Assembly (NCBI GenBank): GCA_965208655.1
Contig: CBDBPJ010000006.1
Coordinates: forward strand, 117,167 to 181,166
Reading direction: 5' to 3'
From: Gammaproteobacteria bacterium
Lineage (GTDB): Bacteria; Pseudomonadota; Gammaproteobacteria; Eutrophobiales; Eutrophobiaceae
DNA length: 64,000 nucleotides
The notes beneath the pieces are model-generated. The model made no database searches. It was not told where the DNA came from and saw nothing but the letters and a program-made list of their open reading frames with translations. Positions 61,390 to 64,000 of the stretch are shown here, one piece after another (the first letter of the stretch is position 1; each line of letters starts with the position of its first letter). The translations under genes were made by a program, and so were the position numbers.

Positions 61390-62157
61390 ATGGTTACCCG
61401 GACCGAGACATTGACAAGCTTGCCGGAACTGCTGTTCCGGCAGGAGCGCACCGACCTGGCCGCGGCATTCCGCTGGGCGGTGAGACTGAATATGCATGAA
61501 GCCGTTGCCAACCATTTCTCACTGGCCGTGGACAGTTCCGGAAAACGCTTCCTGATCAATCCCAACCAGCGCCATTTTTCCCTTATCAAGGCGAGCGACC
61601 TGTTACTGCTGGACGCGGATGATCCCGGCGTCCTTGACCGGCCCGGCGCCCCGGACCCGACCGCCTGGGGACTGCATGGACCAATCCATCGCTACTGTGC
61701 CCATGCCCGCTGCATCATGCATACGCACTCCATCTACGGGACCGTGCTGAGCAGCCTTGCCGACAGCACGTTGCCGCCGATCGACCAGAACACCGCGACG
61801 TTCTACAAGCGCTACGTGATTGACGATGATTTCGGCGGTCTGGCCTTCGAAGAGGAAGGGAAACGCTGTGCCGCGCTGCTCCAGGACCCGAACAAGAAAG
61901 TCATGATCATGGGCAACCACGGAATCCTGGTGATCGGAGACGGCGTTGCCGATACATTCAACCGACTCTATTATTTCGAACGGGCTGCCGAGACCTATAT
62001 CAAGGCGTTGCAGACCGGCCAGGAGTTAAGGGTGATACCTCCTGAAACAGCCGGGAAAACCGCACAGGAACTGGAGGATTATCCGGACCAGGCAGAGCGT
62101 CACTTCAGCGACCTGAAAAAAATCCTGGACCTTGAAGGTGACGATTACGCTGAATAA
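61390..62157 (+). CDS. Class II aldolase/adducin family protein
   Basis: NHFS, HTH, GNHG. Confidence 0.88.
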   Translation: MVTRTETLTSLPELLFRQERTDLAAAFRWAVRLNMHEAVANHFSLAVDSSGKRFLINPNQRHFSLIKASDLLLLDADDPGVLDRPGAPDPTAWGLHGPIHRYCAHARCIMHTHSIYGTVLSSLADSTLPPIDQNTATFYKRYVIDDDFGGLAFEEEGKRCAALLQDPNKKVMIMGNHGILVIGDGVADTFNRLYYFERAAETYIKALQTGQELRVIPPETAGKTAQELEDYPDQAERHFSDLKKILDLEGDDYAE

Positions 62158-62227
62158 CCGGTTCGCTGCGACTGACGCAGCTTCCAGCGGTATCCGGATG
62201 GACCGGAAATAACTTTACGAGGATGCA

Positions 62228-63388
62228 ATGGAATTCGGTTTGACACATGAACAGCAACTGGTGGTGGACACCGTGCGGGACTTCGTCGAGAAGGAGTTTT
62301 ACCCGCTCGAAGACGAGGTCGAGCGAACCGGGCAGGTACCCAGGGCACTGGGACGGGAGATCCAGGACAAGGTCCTTGAACTCGGTTTCTACGCCCCGAA
62401 CATCCCGGATCAATTCGGCGGGGGCGGCCTTGATACCCTGACCTTTACCCTGCTTGAACGGGAACTCGGACGCGCCTCCATGGCGCTGTCGGTATTCTGG
62501 GGCAGACCGTCCAACATCCTCTGCGCAGGCAATGCCGGGCAACGCGTACACTATCTGGACCCCTGCGTGCGCGGCGAGAAGATCGACGCCCTGGCGATGA
62601 GTGAACCCGACGCAGGCTCCGACCTGCGCGGGATGAAGACCTTTGCCCGCCGCGACGGCGATGACTACGTGATAAACGGCACAAAGCATTTCATCAGTCA
62701 CGGAGATGTTGCCGATTTCGTAATCACGTTTGCGGCAACGGGAGAAGACGAAACGGAAGCAGGTTCCAGGAAACGCATCACCTGTTTCCTGGTTGACCGT
62801 GATACTCCGGGATTCGAGATACTTCCAGGCTATAATTCCGTCTCCCACCGCGGTTATCACAATACCACCCTGACCTTCGACGACTGCCGCGTGCCGGCCT
62901 CCCGTGTACTCGGCGAGGAAGGCGCCGGTTTTGACCTGGCCAACTCCTGGCTTGCCGCCACCCGGCTCACCGTAGCCGCCATGTGCGTCGGCCGGGCGCG
63001 CCGCTGTTTCGATCTCTGTGTGGACTGGGCCGCCAACCGCCGCCAGTTCGGCCAGCCTATCGGCAGGTTCCAGGGTGTCTCCTTCAAACTCGCCGACATG
63101 CTCACCTGGATCGATGCGGCAGACTGGTTGACACTCGCAGCGGCATGGCGCCTCGATCAGGAACTGGACGCCAAGCGCCAGATCGCACAGGCAAAACTCT
63201 ATGCCTCGGAGATGCTGGGACGGGTGACGGATGAGGCTGTGCAGATATTCGGCGGTATGGGCCTGATGGACGACCTGCCAATAGAACGCTTCTGGCGTGA
63301 TGCCCGGGTTGAGCGTATCTGGGACGGCACCAGTGAAATCCAGCGCCACATCATCGCCCGCGACCTGCTGCGGCCGTTGGGGGCTTGA
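62228..63388 (+). CDS. Acyl-CoA dehydrogenase
   Basis: AMSEP.AGSD, NGTK.FIS, R.QFG.PI, QIFGG.G, IWDGTSEIQ. Confidence 0.92.
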   Translation: MEFGLTHEQQLVVDTVRDFVEKEFYPLEDEVERTGQVPRALGREIQDKVLELGFYAPNIPDQFGGGGLDTLTFTLLERELGRASMALSVFWGRPSNILCAGNAGQRVHYLDPCVRGEKIDALAMSEPDAGSDLRGMKTFARRDGDDYVINGTKHFISHGDVADFVITFAATGEDETEAGSRKRITCFLVDRDTPGFEILPGYNSVSHRGYHNTTLTFDDCRVPASRVLGEEGAGFDLANSWLAATRLTVAAMCVGRARRCFDLCVDWAANRRQFGQPIGRFQGVSFKLADMLTWIDAADWLTLAAAWRLDQELDAKRQIAQAKLYASEMLGRVTDEAVQIFGGMGLMDDLPIERFWRDARVERIWDGTSEIQRHIIARDLLRPLGA

Positions 63389-63416
63389 ATAATGTGTCTT
63401 AACAGCAAATATTAAA

Positions 63417-64000
63417 ATGACGAATACGACCGAGAACCCCATTCACACAAGCCGCAACGGCGCCATCCTGGAAGTCACCCTGGACCGGCCCAAGGCTAAT
63501 GCCATAGACGGCCCCACGAGCAAGCTCATGGGCGATGTATTTGCCGGATTTCGCGATGATCCTGAATTGCGCGTAGCAATCCTGAGCGCGGCAGGCGAGC
63601 GTTTTTTCTCGGTCGGATGGGACCTCAAGGTCGCCGCCGAGGGCGAACCGCCGGACACGGACTACGGCGTAGGGGGATTCGGCGGCCTGCAGGAACTCCC
63701 CGGCCTCAACAAACCGGTCATCGCCGCGGTCAACGGTATGGCCGTCGGCGGCGGATTTGAACTGGCGCTATCCTGCGACCTCATCTACGCCGCCGAACAC
63801 GCCCGGTTCGCTCTGCCTGAGATCAATGTCGGCGTGCTTGCCGATGCCGCCAGCATCAAACTGCCGCGCCGTATTCCTCACCATGTAGCCATGGACATGT
63901 TGCTGACGGGACGCTGGATGGAAGCGGAAGAAGCCGCACGCTGGGGACTTGTCAACGAAGCGCTGCCTGCGGAAGTACTGATGAACCGGGTGCGGGAAAT
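63417..64000 (+). CDS. Enoyl-CoA hydratase, carnitinyl-CoA dehydratase (CaiD)-like; runs off window
   Basis: EVTLDRPKANAID, GWDLK, GFGGL, AVGGGFE, LPE. Confidence 0.85.
   Translation, partial: MTNTTENPIHTSRNGAILEVTLDRPKANAIDGPTSKLMGDVFAGFRDDPELRVAILSAAGERFFSVGWDLKVAAEGEPPDTDYGVGGFGGLQELPGLNKPVIAAVNGMAVGGGFELALSCDLIYAAEHARFALPEINVGVLADAASIKLPRRIPHHVAMDMLLTGRWMEAEEAARWGLVNEALPAEVLMNRVRE

Noticed and set aside
62105-63442. 445-aa minus-strand ORF
   Set aside because: Antisense to the acyl-CoA dehydrogenase

Overview
GC-rich proteobacterial (probably gammaproteobacterial) chromosome window that alternates accessory and core blocks. The eukaryote-like and surface-protein content resembles sponge or other host-associated symbionts, but that is an inference. 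(1) 1-18.5 kb is an accessory island. It holds a decayed multi-target diversity-generating retroelement (DGR): five FGE-sulfatase/CLec target genes with NNY-type variable ends, two avd fragments, two RT fragments and no template repeat. It also has TA genes, IS remnants and oriT/mobC/relaxase remnants. (2) 18.5-32.2 kb is core metabolism: paaCDE-paaX, acyl-CoA ligase, amidase, putA/Lrp and a MalT-like regulator. (3) 32.2-45.4 kb is a 13.2 kb island with an intact P4-type tyrosine integrase. It is bounded by an exact 17-bp direct repeat that is the core of a dispersed palindrome (GGGGACGGATTTCAAATCCGTCCCC) rather than a tRNA. A sister island end sits in inverted orientation in the same palindrome at 18.48 kb, just upstream of paaC. 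(4) 45.4-64 kb has TPR-sulfotransferases, a FecIR-TonB receptor module, Rieske/desaturase/HD/aldolase/acyl-CoA genes suggestive of quaternary-amine catabolism, and a MazF-type TA pair. The best novelty candidates are an integrase island family that appears to target REP-like palindromes and accumulates surface-protein cargo with mob remnants, and the modular multi-target DGR array. All calls come from motif recognition by eye; no database searches were run.
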